DNA of 64,000 nt from positions 832,001-896,000 of the forward strand of contig OZ253375.1 in NCBI GenBank assembly GCA_965261005.1, in the 5' to 3' direction. The notes below the pieces were generated by a model that was given only the letters and a program-made list of their open reading frames with translations, ran no database searches and was not told where the DNA came from. Both the position numbers and the translations under genes were made by a program. Source of the stretch: Deinococcus sp. (GTDB lineage: Bacteria > Deinococcota > Deinococci > Deinococcales > Deinococcaceae). Shown one piece after another: positions 32,710-43,997 of the stretch (positions within the stretch are counted from its first letter, which is position 1; each line of letters begins with the position of its first letter).

Positions 32710-33818
32710 TCCTGACGCTGGGCCTGTTCGCCCTCTTGCTGCTGCTCGGTCTGGCCGCCATGCTGGCCCCCCTGCGCCGGTCTGCCCCGCCCGCCGCCCA
32801 GGACGGCGCACGCGAAACCTTACAGGAGGACTACGACGCCTCCCTGGCCGCCCTGCGCGAGTTGCAGGGGGCGCGCGAGCGCGGCGAGGTGGAGGCGGGG
32901 ACGGCGGGGCGCGAGGCGCTGCGGCTCCAGAACCGGGCCGCGCGCAGCTTGGCCGCCCTGGATGAATTGCCCCCCGCCCCGCCGGCGAGGGCGCGCTCTC
33001 CCCTGCTGCCCGCCGTTCTCGGGCTGAGCGCGCTGGCCGCCGCGCTGGTTATGGGCGCCTACACTGTTCTGCCGAGGTGGCAGCTGGCCGGTCTGCCGGC
33101 GGGGGACGTGTTCGCCCTGCAAAGCGCCGTCAAGCTGCCCGCCTTGGCGAGACGGGCGGCGCAAAGCGGCGGGGTGCGAGACGAGCTGGCGCTGGGCCGC
33201 GCCGCCTTTGACGCGGGGCGCTACGGGCAGGCGGCGGACGCCTACACGGCCGTGCTGAAGCAGGACCAGCGTCAGCCCGAGGCGCTGCGGCGGGTGGGCA
33301 TCCTGCTGCTGCAACAGGTGCAGGGCGGCCAAGAGGCAAGCGGCCTAAACACAAGCGGTCAGGTCGAGCGCGCCCGGCAAGCCTACGCCCTGATTGACAC
33401 CGCCGCCAAGCTGGCCCCACAGAGTGCCGAGGGGCAGCTCTTTTTGGGCTTCGCCCTGTCGCGCTTTGGGAATTCTGCTGGCGCCGTGCAGGCTTTGGAG
33501 CGCTATCAGAAGCTCAACCCGTCCGGCCGCGACGCCGACGAATTGCTGGCCACCCTGCGCGCCCAGCAGGGCAGCGGCGATCCCGGCCTGGCCGCCTACC
33601 TGCGCCTCAACTGCGCCTCGTGCCACGGGGAAGCGGGCGCGGGCGGCGTGGGACCGAGCTTGAGAAACAGCCGCCTGAGCCGCGAGGCCATGCGCGGCGT
33701 CATTCGGAACGGCGCGGCGGGTATGCCGGCGTACGGGCCGGACCGTCTACCAGAGGGCGAGCTGAACGCCCTGCTGGACTTGCTCGGGAAGTGGGCGACG
33801 GGCAATGGAACGCAGTAA
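32706..33818 (+). CDS. CcmI/CycH-like TPR membrane protein fused to a C-terminal c-type cytochrome
   Basis: Two TMs, TPR-like helices, C-terminal CASCH...GPSL...GMPAY. Confidence 0.75.
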   Translation: MILTLGLFALLLLLGLAAMLAPLRRSAPPAAQDGARETLQEDYDASLAALRELQGARERGEVEAGTAGREALRLQNRAARSLAALDELPPAPPARARSPLLPAVLGLSALAAALVMGAYTVLPRWQLAGLPAGDVFALQSAVKLPALARRAAQSGGVRDELALGRAAFDAGRYGQAADAYTAVLKQDQRQPEALRRVGILLLQQVQGGQEASGLNTSGQVERARQAYALIDTAAKLAPQSAEGQLFLGFALSRFGNSAGAVQALERYQKLNPSGRDADELLATLRAQQGSGDPGLAAYLRLNCASCHGEAGAGGVGPSLRNSRLSREAMRGVIRNGAAGMPAYGPDRLPEGELNALLDLLGKWATGNGTQ

Positions 33819-34365
33819 GGGCCTCAGCCGGCGCAAGCTGCTGGAATACTGGTGGGTCTTGCCGGTCGGGGCCACCCTTGGGACGCTGGGCGCCATGTTC
33901 GGCTACGCCGGGCGCGTCCTGGTGGGCAAGCGGCGGGCGGGGGCGCCAAACTACAAGGCGGGGCCACGCGTGCGGGTCGCCGCCCTGTCGGCCCTGCCAG
34001 CGGCCTACGACACCGCCGAGTTCAGCTATTCGGGCACGCCCTGCATCGCCGTGCGCCTGCCGCGTGAGACTCCATACGCCCTCACGGTTCAGGACGCCCA
34101 CTACATGGCCTTTTCTCGGGTCTGCACCCATTTGGGCTGCACCGTCAACCCGCTGCGCGACCCTGACGTGGCCGCCCTCACCTTCAACTACCGCCCCGAC
34201 CACCCGGTGCTGGGCTGCCCCTGCCACTTCAGCGTGTTCGATCCCCTGAAAGAGGGCGAGAGCGTGTTCGGCAAGGCGCTGTACCCGCTGCCGAGGGTGC
34301 GGCTGACGGCGGCGGGCGATAGCTTGTACGCTACCGGCATCGAGCCGCCGCCGAACGCAGGGTGA
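33805..34365 (+). CDS. Rieske 2Fe-2S protein
   Basis: SRRKLL Tat-like N-terminus; CTHLGC and CPCHFS; PLPR. Confidence 0.88.
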   Translation: MERSKGLSRRKLLEYWWVLPVGATLGTLGAMFGYAGRVLVGKRRAGAPNYKAGPRVRVAALSALPAAYDTAEFSYSGTPCIAVRLPRETPYALTVQDAHYMAFSRVCTHLGCTVNPLRDPDVAALTFNYRPDHPVLGCPCHFSVFDPLKEGESVFGKALYPLPRVRLTAAGDSLYATGIEPPPNAG

Positions 34366-34374
34366 GGAAAGGGA

Positions 34375-36882
34375 TTATGGGCGCGGCCCCATGAAGCGGT
34401 CGCCGTTGAAGTGAATGAGGTGTTTGGGATCGCTGGCAATCCAGACCTCCGTTTCCCAGGCAATTACCCCCACGTACTTCTGAAAATGCTTGCGATCTGG
34501 AAAGGCAGTGACATACACGATTCCAGCGGTGCAGTGAGCAAAGGCTTGGCGTATGGCGTCCAAACGGGTTTTATCGAAAGGGCCGTGACTGCTCACCGCC
34601 TCAATGAGGTACAGCCAGTTCTTATCCGAGCGGTACACCGCCACATCGGGAATCTTGCCGTGTTCGTTCAACTCGACGCCCAGAGTCTTCAGGCGGTCCT
34701 TCTTGAAGACGCCGTATTTCACCGCGTTCTTGTCGGCAGTATCGCCCACGTAGATGAGTTCAGCTTCCGGCGCGAACTCAGGGCAGAAGTCGTACAGAAT
34801 GGCCTTGACCAACGGATTCTGCCCGCCAGGGGACAAGGTGAATTCATCTCCGCCGTAGGTCACGGTGATGACGTGTTCGGCGCGCACGGCCGCCTGAATC
34901 GCTTCACGCCGAGGTGCCGCGCCGCGATAATCCTTCAGCAGACGCTCGAATGCCGAAGTGCCGTAGGCACGGACCAGCCTTAAGAAGTCATCGTGGACCC
35001 GGTACACGGTCTTCTGGCTGTTTGTAGGGCGGGGGGGGTCGTCCGGATTGATTTCAGCGAGCGTTCCGGCAACCCAGTGGTGCAGGGTGTCCTTACGAAA
35101 GCTTTCGCGGCTGTTGGGCTGATACTGCTTGCCGTACCGCTCGGCGCAAAAGGTCATGATCGGCGTGACGCCGCGCAGTGGCTGCTTCGCCTCAGACCAG
35201 GGTTCGTCCGGTCCTAAGTCCAGCAAGGCCAGCAACGTGAGCGCCGAGCGGTCGTTCTGGGCGCTTTTGGGCAGTTCAAAGCGGCTCAGCAGGTTCTTGG
35301 CCTCCTGAACGCGCTGCTGGATGTCGAGGGATGCAGTCATGCCAAACACCTCAACCTGGACCAAAGCGTCCAGGTCCTCTTGAGCGGGAAGGGGAAGGGA
35401 AAGACGGGCGCCCAAACGCTCCAGGGTGGACCGCAAGGGAAAACGCATTGTCTTGAGGTCCGTGGCGTTCACCTGAGTATGACCGCTGAACTGCCGAAAA
35501 GCCACATCGAAGACGGTGGAATTCAAATACGCACACAGGCCCAAAGCGAACGTCCGGGGCAAACCGGAACCGTCTTGGTGAATGTAGTTCAAGTGGTTCT
35601 CGAAGCCAACTGGACCGGGCTGGGCGTATTCAGGCTCATAGACGCTCGCGGACACCCGTCGCACCTCTTCCTTGGCGGAAAAGCGCTTCACCAAGACGTA
35701 AACACCCTCGGGCACCAGCAGACTGCTCGCCTCAGTATTGTTTTGGATCACATTGGGCTTGCCGATGAGCGGCGTGGGCCAACGCACCCGGCCGTCACGC
35801 AGGTGACCTGGATAGATCAGGGGCTGCCCCTGACCAGTCTCGGAGGTGCCGATCAAGTGTAAGGCCCGGAAGTCCACCACACGGCCCGTCGAGGCTTTCA
35901 AGCCCAGGTCGGCCAGGGTGGCGGGCAGCGCCTCAACCCGACGCGCGAGGCGCGCGGCATGCTCATCTACGTCCACGCGGATGAATGACTCAGAATCGCC
36001 AGGGCGCACCAAGTCAAGGTGGGCCACCTCGCGTACCTCCGGTTGCTCATCTGGATCAAAGCCCAAGCTGTACGAGACCAGCACCAACCCATCCTTCGGC
36101 CAGCCCTTGGTAGCATGAAAAATCACCGTCTCCTGCAAGACTGTGTTTTCCCTAAAGGTCTCCTTGCGCGAATTTATCAGGTGAACGCGCCGGAAGGTCA
36201 TGTGACGCAGAAAGCGCTGGCGAAAATTGCGGTAGTACGCTCCGTTAAAAAAGCTTCTCGGCGTAATAGCAACCAGTTCGCCGCCTGGAACCAACAGTCG
36301 CACCGCCAAGTCAAGAAAGGCGGTGTAAAGGTTATTGGTGTCCAGACCGCGCGCAGCCAGAGCTAGCCCCTCAGCAACGCGACCGCCTAGTTTGTGATAG
36401 GGCGGGTTCAGAATGGCGTGCGTAAACTGTGGCGCCACGGTCGAGAATGGACCTCGCTCGCCGATGCGGTCAGCGGCCATCAGGAAGTCGGTGTGATGCA
36501 GTTCGGCTTGAAACGGTACGTCTAACTGGGCTGCGGTCTGACGGATCAATTCCAGGGTTTGACTGAGACTATCAATCATCAGCCGATCAATCTCGAAGAC
36601 GCTGCACTGAAGGCTTGAGGGACGCCGAGCCTGTTCTAGAAAGTGCAGTGCGGCGGCGGCCGTTAGAGATCCTACCCCCGCCCCAGCATCCAACAGCCGG
36701 ACAGGGCCGACAGGGGCTGGAAAAAGGTCGGCCATAAAGCGCGCAACCGGAAGCGGGGTTGTGAACTGTCCCAGCGCCATCTGGGTACGCCGATTTAAAC
36801 GTCCGTTGACGATAACCCGCAGACGCTCTATGTCCTCAAGCACCAAGTGCGGAGTCAGATCAGGTGCAAAAAGGCTGGTCAT
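34375..36882 (-). CDS. Fused m6A DNA methyltransferase (Eco57I-like domain) and BsuBI/PstI-family restriction endonuclease
   Basis: GQFTTP, LLDAGAGVG (motif I), LNPPY (motif IV), KRFSAKEE, FENHLN, TQVNATDL; C-terminal ALTLLALL, NSRESFRK, LSPGGQ, YVGDT, KIPDV, LIEAVSSHGP, IAWETEVW, HLIHFNG; lower GC than flanks. Confidence 0.88.
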   Translation of the reverse strand: MTSLFAPDLTPHLVLEDIERLRVIVNGRLNRRTQMALGQFTTPLPVARFMADLFPAPVGPVRLLDAGAGVGSLTAAAALHFLEQARRPSSLQCSVFEIDRLMIDSLSQTLELIRQTAAQLDVPFQAELHHTDFLMAADRIGERGPFSTVAPQFTHAILNPPYHKLGGRVAEGLALAARGLDTNNLYTAFLDLAVRLLVPGGELVAITPRSFFNGAYYRNFRQRFLRHMTFRRVHLINSRKETFRENTVLQETVIFHATKGWPKDGLVLVSYSLGFDPDEQPEVREVAHLDLVRPGDSESFIRVDVDEHAARLARRVEALPATLADLGLKASTGRVVDFRALHLIGTSETGQGQPLIYPGHLRDGRVRWPTPLIGKPNVIQNNTEASSLLVPEGVYVLVKRFSAKEEVRRVSASVYEPEYAQPGPVGFENHLNYIHQDGSGLPRTFALGLCAYLNSTVFDVAFRQFSGHTQVNATDLKTMRFPLRSTLERLGARLSLPLPAQEDLDALVQVEVFGMTASLDIQQRVQEAKNLLSRFELPKSAQNDRSALTLLALLDLGPDEPWSEAKQPLRGVTPIMTFCAERYGKQYQPNSRESFRKDTLHHWVAGTLAEINPDDPPRPTNSQKTVYRVHDDFLRLVRAYGTSAFERLLKDYRGAAPRREAIQAAVRAEHVITVTYGGDEFTLSPGGQNPLVKAILYDFCPEFAPEAELIYVGDTADKNAVKYGVFKKDRLKTLGVELNEHGKIPDVAVYRSDKNWLYLIEAVSSHGPFDKTRLDAIRQAFAHCTAGIVYVTAFPDRKHFQKYVGVIAWETEVWIASDPKHLIHFNGDRFMGPRP

Positions 36883-36967
36883 GAATTCTCAGCACTATGA
36901 AGCGTTGATGTTCAGATTTCCACCGTGCCAATTCCTAACGCCCGTTTGGTATAGACTTCACGGCTGT

Positions 36968-38008
36968 ATGCGCGCCCTTCTCAAAGAAGCCCAGCCGGGG
37001 GCGGTTCTGACCGAAGCCCCCATTCCTGAACCTGGTCCCGGCGAGGTGCTGGTCCGGGTGATGGCGGCCTCCATCTGCGGCACCGATTTGCACCTCTACA
37101 ACTGGGACGCTTGGGCGCAGAGCCGCTTCCGGGCGCCCATGATCTTCGGGCACGAGATGAGCGGCGAGGTGGTGGCGCTGGGGCAAAGCGTCAACCCGGC
37201 CCTGGTGGCGGTCGGCGACCACGTCAGCGCCGAGACGCACCTGGCCTGCAACCACTGCTACCAATGTCGCACCGGCCGCCAGCACATCTGCCAGAACTTG
37301 CGCATCCTGGGTGTGGACGCCCCCGGCATCTTCGCCGAGTACGCCGTGATCCCGGCGGAGAACGTGTGGGTGAACGACCCCGACATGCCGTGGGAGATCG
37401 CCTCCTTACAAGAGCCGTTCGGCAACGCCGTGCAGACCGTGATGGCCGGCCCAGGCGTCGCCAGCCGCACGGTTCTGGTCACCGGCTGCGGCCCCATCGG
37501 CTTGATGGCGATTGCGGCGGCGCGGGCGAACGGGGCCAGCCTGATCGTCGCCAGCGACCCGGCCGAGAAGCGCCTGGCGAAAGCGCGCGAGTTGGGCGCC
37601 GACCTGGCCCTCAATCCGGCGGAGCAGGACGTGGTGCGCCTGACCAGGGACGCCACCAGGGGCAACGGCGTGGACAGCCTGCTGGAGTTCAGCGGCAACG
37701 CGGGCGCCATCCGGCAGGGGTTTGCGGCGCTGACCTACGGCGGGCACGCCTCGCTGCTGGGGTTGCCCAGCGGCCAGGTCGAGTTCGACCTCGCCAACGA
37801 CATCATCTTCAAGGCCGCCACCGTCGCGGGCATCTCCGGGCGCAAGATGTTCGAGACGTGGTATCAGGTGCGCGAGCTGATCGTGAGCGGCAAGGTGGAC
37901 TTGCGGCCCGTGATCAGCCATATCGTCCCCCTGACCCGCTTCGAGGAGGTCTTCGAGGCGGCGCGCGGGGGCGAGGCCATCAAGCCGGTGCTGCTGCCAG
38001 CTGGTTAA
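36968..38008 (+). CDS. tdh: L-threonine 3-dehydrogenase
   Basis: SICGTDLHLYNWD, FGHE, SAETH, CxxCxxC, EPFGNAV, GCGPIG, GRKMFETW. Confidence 0.92.
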   Translation: MRALLKEAQPGAVLTEAPIPEPGPGEVLVRVMAASICGTDLHLYNWDAWAQSRFRAPMIFGHEMSGEVVALGQSVNPALVAVGDHVSAETHLACNHCYQCRTGRQHICQNLRILGVDAPGIFAEYAVIPAENVWVNDPDMPWEIASLQEPFGNAVQTVMAGPGVASRTVLVTGCGPIGLMAIAAARANGASLIVASDPAEKRLAKARELGADLALNPAEQDVVRLTRDATRGNGVDSLLEFSGNAGAIRQGFAALTYGGHASLLGLPSGQVEFDLANDIIFKAATVAGISGRKMFETWYQVRELIVSGKVDLRPVISHIVPLTRFEEVFEAARGGEAIKPVLLPAG

Positions 38009-38132
38009 AGGCGGCCTTCAAGCGGGATGAACGCCCCGTGTTCTCCGGGCCGGGAAGGGTCTTAGCGCCCCTCCATGAAGGTCGCTAAGCATAAAAAAAG
38101 GACGCGGACGCGCCCGATCAGGAGGGACCTTT

Positions 38133-38630
38133 ATGGCGATGCAAATGCAAGACCTTCAAGACCTGTTCGTTCACAAGCTGCAAGACCTCTACGACGCCGA
38201 GCAGCAGGGATTGAAGGCCATGCCGCAGATGGCCGACAAGATTCAGACGCCCGAGCTGAAGCAGACCTTTCAGCAGCACGCGCAAGAGTCCCAGCAGCAG
38301 GTTCGGCGTCTAGAGCAGATCATGCAACAGCTCGGCGTGCAGCCCGGCGGCGTGACCTGCGAGGGCATGAAGGGGCTAATTCAGGAGGGGCAGAAGCTGC
38401 TGAAGCAGAACGCCTCGCCCGAGGTGCTGGAGGCGGGCTTGATCGCCGCGCAGCAGGCCATCGAGCACTATGAGATCGCGGGCTACGGCACCGCCCGGAC
38501 CTACGCCAAGCTGCTCAAGAACGACCAGGCTGAGCAACTGCTGGGCCAGACCGAGCAGGAAGAGGAGCAGGCCGACCAAAAGCTGACCCAGGTCGCTCAG
38601 GACATCAACGTTCAGGCGATGCAGGGCTAA
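38133..38630 (+). CDS. Ferritin-like stress protein (YciE/YciF, DUF892)
   Basis: LQDLYDAE, CEGMKGLI, EHYEIAGYG, EEEQADQKL. Confidence 0.9.
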   Translation: MAMQMQDLQDLFVHKLQDLYDAEQQGLKAMPQMADKIQTPELKQTFQQHAQESQQQVRRLEQIMQQLGVQPGGVTCEGMKGLIQEGQKLLKQNASPEVLEAGLIAAQQAIEHYEIAGYGTARTYAKLLKNDQAEQLLGQTEQEEEQADQKLTQVAQDINVQAMQG

Positions 38631-38644
38631 GTTTCTTTGCCGTG

Positions 38645-38678
38645 AAGGGGACGCCCGCAGGCGCCCCCTTTTATTTTT
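38645..38678 (+). terminator. Intrinsic terminator after the YciF-like gene
   Basis: AAGGGGACGCC-CGCA-GGCGCCCCCTT hairpin (one mismatch) followed by a T-rich tail. Confidence 0.6.
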
Positions 38679-39519
38679 TCGCGAACAAGTCCAGCATGGG
38701 CGTCGCCTTTCCCGCCTCCCGCAACGGCGGCAGACTCCAGGCGTCCTCGAAGGTCCGCAGTAAGCTGTAGTGGTTATAAGGCTGGTCCGACCTCACGCCG
38801 CGCGGCCCTTCCCTGGTCACGACGACGGTCGGCACCACGCCCCCGCCGCCGCGCGTGTCGCCCCCCTCGGCCTCGTCGAAGGTGATCACGATGGCGGCGT
38901 TGCCGCTCCAGGCGGGCGAGGCCAGGATGGCGTTCACCGTTTTTTTGACGAGGTCATCGCCGGCGCGCTCCAGCGCGGCCCCGCGCGGGCAGCCCAGGCC
39001 GCCGTGCAGGTCGTGGCACACGTCCGGCACGATCAACGCGAAGTCGGGCGCCCGACCCGATTTGAGGTCGCCGAAGAGCTGCTCAATCGGCACCACGTTT
39101 GCGGCGCGCTTGGAGTCCAAGGCGACGCTCGAAAACAGCATGAAGGGATTGTGTTTCTTGCCGTATGGCCCGGCGTAAGGGCCATCCCAGCCAACTTTGG
39201 GCAGACCCTGGAAGTACCCTTTCCAACGTTTGCCGGCGCCCTCCAGTTGCAGCGCCAAGTTGTCGCCCGTGAAGCGCTGCGCCGGGTTGTCGCTACGGCT
39301 GCCGAAGGTCGAGCCGGCAATCAGGGCGACGTAGTTGGGCAAGCTGGGATGCGCCACGCCGCTGTAGTTTGTTGCGAGGCCGTACCGCTTTGCCAGGGCG
39401 TTCAGAGTGGGCAAATTGGGGTTGCCGACCACGCGCTTCAGGCCGTGGTTCTCCAGCACGATCACGAAGACGTGCGAAAAGGGCCGCACGTCCTGGGCGA
39501 AGGCCGCAGAACCGCACAA
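38671..39519 (-). CDS. Phosphoesterase / acid phosphatase family (start uncertain)
   Basis: HVFVIVLENH, HPSLPNY, KHNPF, DVCHDLH, ITFDE, YNHYSLLRT. Confidence 0.8.
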   Translation of the reverse strand: MCGSAAFAQDVRPFSHVFVIVLENHGLKRVVGNPNLPTLNALAKRYGLATNYSGVAHPSLPNYVALIAGSTFGSRSDNPAQRFTGDNLALQLEGAGKRWKGYFQGLPKVGWDGPYAGPYGKKHNPFMLFSSVALDSKRAANVVPIEQLFGDLKSGRAPDFALIVPDVCHDLHGGLGCPRGAALERAGDDLVKKTVNAILASPAWSGNAAIVITFDEAEGGDTRGGGGVVPTVVVTREGPRGVRSDQPYNHYSLLRTFEDAWSLPPLREAGKATPMLDLFAKK

Positions 39520-39541
39520 CGCCGCCCCCAGCCACAGGCTG

Positions 39542-40018
39542 CTAAATCGGATAGTACGTCCTCGCCTTGCCGCCCAGAAAGTCCCGCGTCGGAATCCAGA
39601 TCAGCGGGTGGCGCTCCTCCACCTCGGGTGGGGGGCCGTAGCGGACCAGGTTCATCACCTCGTCAAAGGGAACCCACTGGGTGCCCAGCACCTCGGGGTC
39701 GGTGGGCGCGATCTCGCCGCCGAAGTGCAGCGCCCGGAAGCGCGCGAAGGTCGCGTAGCTGTGGTGCTTGCTGCCCGACAGAATCTCGCCCTCCAGAAGG
39801 CTCACGAACTCCAGATCGGTCACGTCCAGGCCGGTCTCCACCTTGACTTGGCGCATGGCGGCCCCCGACAGCGACTCGCCGCCGTAAGCCTTGCCGCCGG
39901 GCAGACCCCAAAAGATGCTGCCGTCGTCCATGCGCTCGGTGACCAGCAAAAGTTTGTCGTCCTGAACGAGATAAACGTGTGCGGCCCGCTTGATGGGCAC
40001 GACGCGGGAAAGGTTCAT
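39542..40018 (-). CDS. NUDIX hydrolase
   Basis: LPGGKAYGGESLSGAAMRQVKVETG, a variant Nudix box. Confidence 0.8.
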   Translation of the reverse strand: MNLSRVVPIKRAAHVYLVQDDKLLLVTERMDDGSIFWGLPGGKAYGGESLSGAAMRQVKVETGLDVTDLEFVSLLEGEILSGSKHHSYATFARFRALHFGGEIAPTDPEVLGTQWVPFDEVMNLVRYGPPPEVEERHPLIWIPTRDFLGGKARTYYPI

Positions 40019-40171
40019 GTGGCGTTATCTTAGTGCCTCCAGATGTGGGCCGCTCCAAACGCCTAGGGCGGCCCCACCGGACTCCGGCCATGAGCTTTTC
40101 CTCCGAAAAACCTTAAGAATCCAAACCGGGCAGGTCAGCGTACCGTCAGTCCTCGGGAACACACTGGGCGC

Positions 40172-41080
<909 letters not shown>

Positions 41081-41084
41081 TTAA

Positions 41085-41129
41085 ACCCGCCTCCCCAACC
41101 CCTCCCCCGCAAGGGGGGAGGGGCTTTTT

Positions 41130-41131
<2 letters not shown>
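41085..41131 (+). repeat. C-rich GCAA-loop palindromic repeat (solo copy) with T-tail; likely terminator
   Basis: ACCCGCCTCCCCAACCCCTCCCCC-GCAA-GGGGGGAGGGGC followed by a T run, between convergent genes; same family as 54036, 60040 and 60429. Confidence 0.8.
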
Positions 41132-41983
<852 letters not shown>

Positions 41984-41987
<4 letters not shown>

Positions 41988-42856
41988 GCGGTCTCCTTGC
42001 GGTAGCGGAGGATGGTATGGGCAACCTCGAAGCCCACCCGTTCGTAAAAGCTCAGGGCGTCGTGCGCGTTCTGCACGTCCACGCCCAGGCGCACCTCGCG
42101 GGCGCCGCGCTGGCGCAGTTGGTGCGCGGCGCGCGTAAGCATCGAGCGGCCGTAGCCGCGCTTCTGAAACTCTGGCGAGGTGCCCAGCATATGAACCCAG
42201 CCCACCCCGTCTTCCAAGCTGACGTGCGCGTAGGCCACGGCCTCGCCGTTCACGAACAGCCCCTCGTAGTCGCGCGCGTCAAAGTCCGGCGCGGCGTACC
42301 AGTGGGCGACCGACTCCTGAAGGGCCGGCGAGAAGCCGAAGTGGTCGTGAAAGGCGGCGTTGTGCAGCGCGCGGAACGGCTCGGCGTCCAGCAATTCAAA
42401 AGAGCTGTCTTCGGGTAAAACGGGCGCCTCTAACTTTCCAAGCGCTTCCGCGCCCAGGATCATGCGCACAAAGCGCCGCACGACGGCGAACCCCAACTCT
42501 TCAAGCATGGCCCGCTCGCGCGCCAGCAGCTCGGGCAGGCCGCAGTCGGCGGGCAGCTTCAGGTCACGTGCCAGCTCTACGCCGTACAAAAGCAACTCTT
42601 TTTCGTATTCCGCGTTTAGGCTCGGCACAAAGGGATAGCCCAGAACCATGTCGGTGCTCGACGTGTTGGCATAAGCCCACAAGACGTTCTCGCCGTCCCA
42701 GAAGTAGCGCTCGTCGGGGCCGGTCAGCTCGTGGGCGAGTTCCGAAACAACCACCGGCGCCGGGGCCGGCCAGTGGGTCCGGGCGGCGTTCATGATGGCG
42801 GCGAGCTGGAGCGCGTCCTCGGGCGTGGCGCGGCGCCGGGCTGTCGAGGTCTTCAC
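41984..42856 (-). CDS. GNAT family acetyltransferase (tandem-GNAT, MshD-like)
   Basis: GTG 42856 overlapping the ATPase stop; LHNAAFHDH, LGTSPEFQKRGYG, LGVDVQN, FYERVGF. Confidence 0.85.
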
Positions 42857-43695
42857 TTCTCCTCCTTTTCCTTGTGCAGCTCCTCGCCGGCCAGCTGCAA
42901 AAAGGCGTCCTCCAAGGTGGCGCCGGGGCCGACTTGGTCGCGCAGCTCGCGCGCGGTGCCCTCGGCCACGAACTTGCCGCCCTCGATAAAGGCGATGCGG
43001 TCGCACAGCCGCTCGGCCTCGGGCATGTCGTGGGTGGTCAGGATAATGGTGGCGTCGTGGACGTCACGCAGCTCCAGCACGAACTCCTGCACGTCGCGTC
43101 GGCTCTTGGGGTCGAGGCCGGTGGTCGGCTCGTCCAGCAGCACGATGATGGGCGCCGTCAAAAAGGCGCGGGCGATGGCGACCTTTTGCTGCATGCCGCG
43201 CGACATCTCCTCTAACGGCTCGTAAAAAGCTTTTTCACGCAGGCCCAGCCGCCTCAGAATAGCGAGCGAGCGAGCCTCGGCCTCTCCCGGGTCGAGGCCG
43301 TACAGCCGGGCCGAATACAGCAAATTCTCGCGCGGGGACAGCTTCTTGTAAAAGGCGGCGTCCACCGAGACGCGGTTGAGCATACGCCGCAGCTTGGCCT
43401 CGTCCTTGCGGAGGTCCAGGCCGAACATTCTCACCTCGCCGCTGTCGGGAATCAGCAGGGTGGAGATGGCGCGGATCAGGGTGCTCTTGCCGCTGCCGTT
43501 GGGGCCGAGGACGCCGTAAATCTCGCCGCGCCGCACCTCAAAGCTGACGTGCTGCACGGCGGGCACCCGCGTGACCTTGGGCCGCAGCAAGCTGCCGCCC
43601 GCCCGCTTGGCAAAGCTCATGTTGAGGTCCTTCACCGAGATGGCGAGCTGGTTGGGGTCGTAGGCGACGGCGGGCTGTGGGGCGGCGAGGGTCAT
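42853..43695 (-). CDS. ABC transporter ATP-binding protein
   Basis: GPNGSGKST, MSRGMQQK, LLDEPTTGLD, TTH. Confidence 0.93.
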   Translation of the reverse strand: MTLAAPQPAVAYDPNQLAISVKDLNMSFAKRAGGSLLRPKVTRVPAVQHVSFEVRRGEIYGVLGPNGSGKSTLIRAISTLLIPDSGEVRMFGLDLRKDEAKLRRMLNRVSVDAAFYKKLSPRENLLYSARLYGLDPGEAEARSLAILRRLGLREKAFYEPLEEMSRGMQQKVAIARAFLTAPIIVLLDEPTTGLDPKSRRDVQEFVLELRDVHDATIILTTHDMPEAERLCDRIAFIEGGKFVAEGTARELRDQVGPGATLEDAFLQLAGEELHKEKEEK

Positions 43696-43717
43696 GCAGG
43701 CTCCTTCAAAAGCGTGA

Positions 43718-43747
43718 CAAAAGAAATCCCCGGCGGCGGGCCGGGGA
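43718..43747 (-). terminator. Intrinsic terminator in the 5' leader of the ABC-GNAT-ABC operon
   Basis: Minus strand TCCCCGG-CCCGCCG-CCGGGGA-TTTCTTTTG, ending about 10 nt before the AAGGAG RBS. Confidence 0.55.
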
Positions 43748-43761
43748 CGCGGGCGAACAGC

Positions 43762-43812
43762 TCAGCGCGGCGCGGGTTCCGGCAGATCGTCTGGGAGGGT
43801 CTTGTGCTTCAT
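43762..43812 (-). CDS. Putative leader peptide MKHKTLPDDLPEPAPR
   Basis: ATG preceded by GAAAGGCGG; stop about 15 nt before the leader terminator. Confidence 0.3.
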   Translation of the reverse strand: MKHKTLPDDLPEPAPR

Positions 43813-43870
43813 GTCGCGCCGCCTTTCGGTTTCAGCTTAAGAGCCGCAGGGAATGAACACAAGCGACTAA

Positions 43871-43915
43871 GCCATGATGCGTAGGGCCATGATGTGTAGG
43901 GCCATGACGCGCAGG
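43871..43915. repeat. Three tandem 15-bp repeats
   Basis: GCCATGATGCGTAGG / GCCATGATGTGTAGG / GCCATGACGCGCAGG. Confidence 0.85.
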
Positions 43916-43952
43916 GGCCGGGCACACAACGGCCTGACAAAAAAAACTTGAC

Positions 43953-43983
43953 AAAGAAAAAGGGCAGACCCGAAGGTCTGCCC
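43953..43983 (-). terminator. Intrinsic terminator after the HTH regulator gene
   Basis: GGGCAGACC-TTCG-GGTCTGCCC then TTTTTCTTT on the minus strand. Confidence 0.85.
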
Positions 43984-43997
43984 CGAGTTTTGATGTT

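Noticed and set aside
34366..36967. Prophage or integrative element around the R-M gene
   Set aside because: No integrase, att repeats, tRNA or additional cargo detected.
43871..43915. Possible CRISPR or mini-array
   Set aside because: Units are 15 bp, directly adjacent with no spacers, and no cas genes are in the window.
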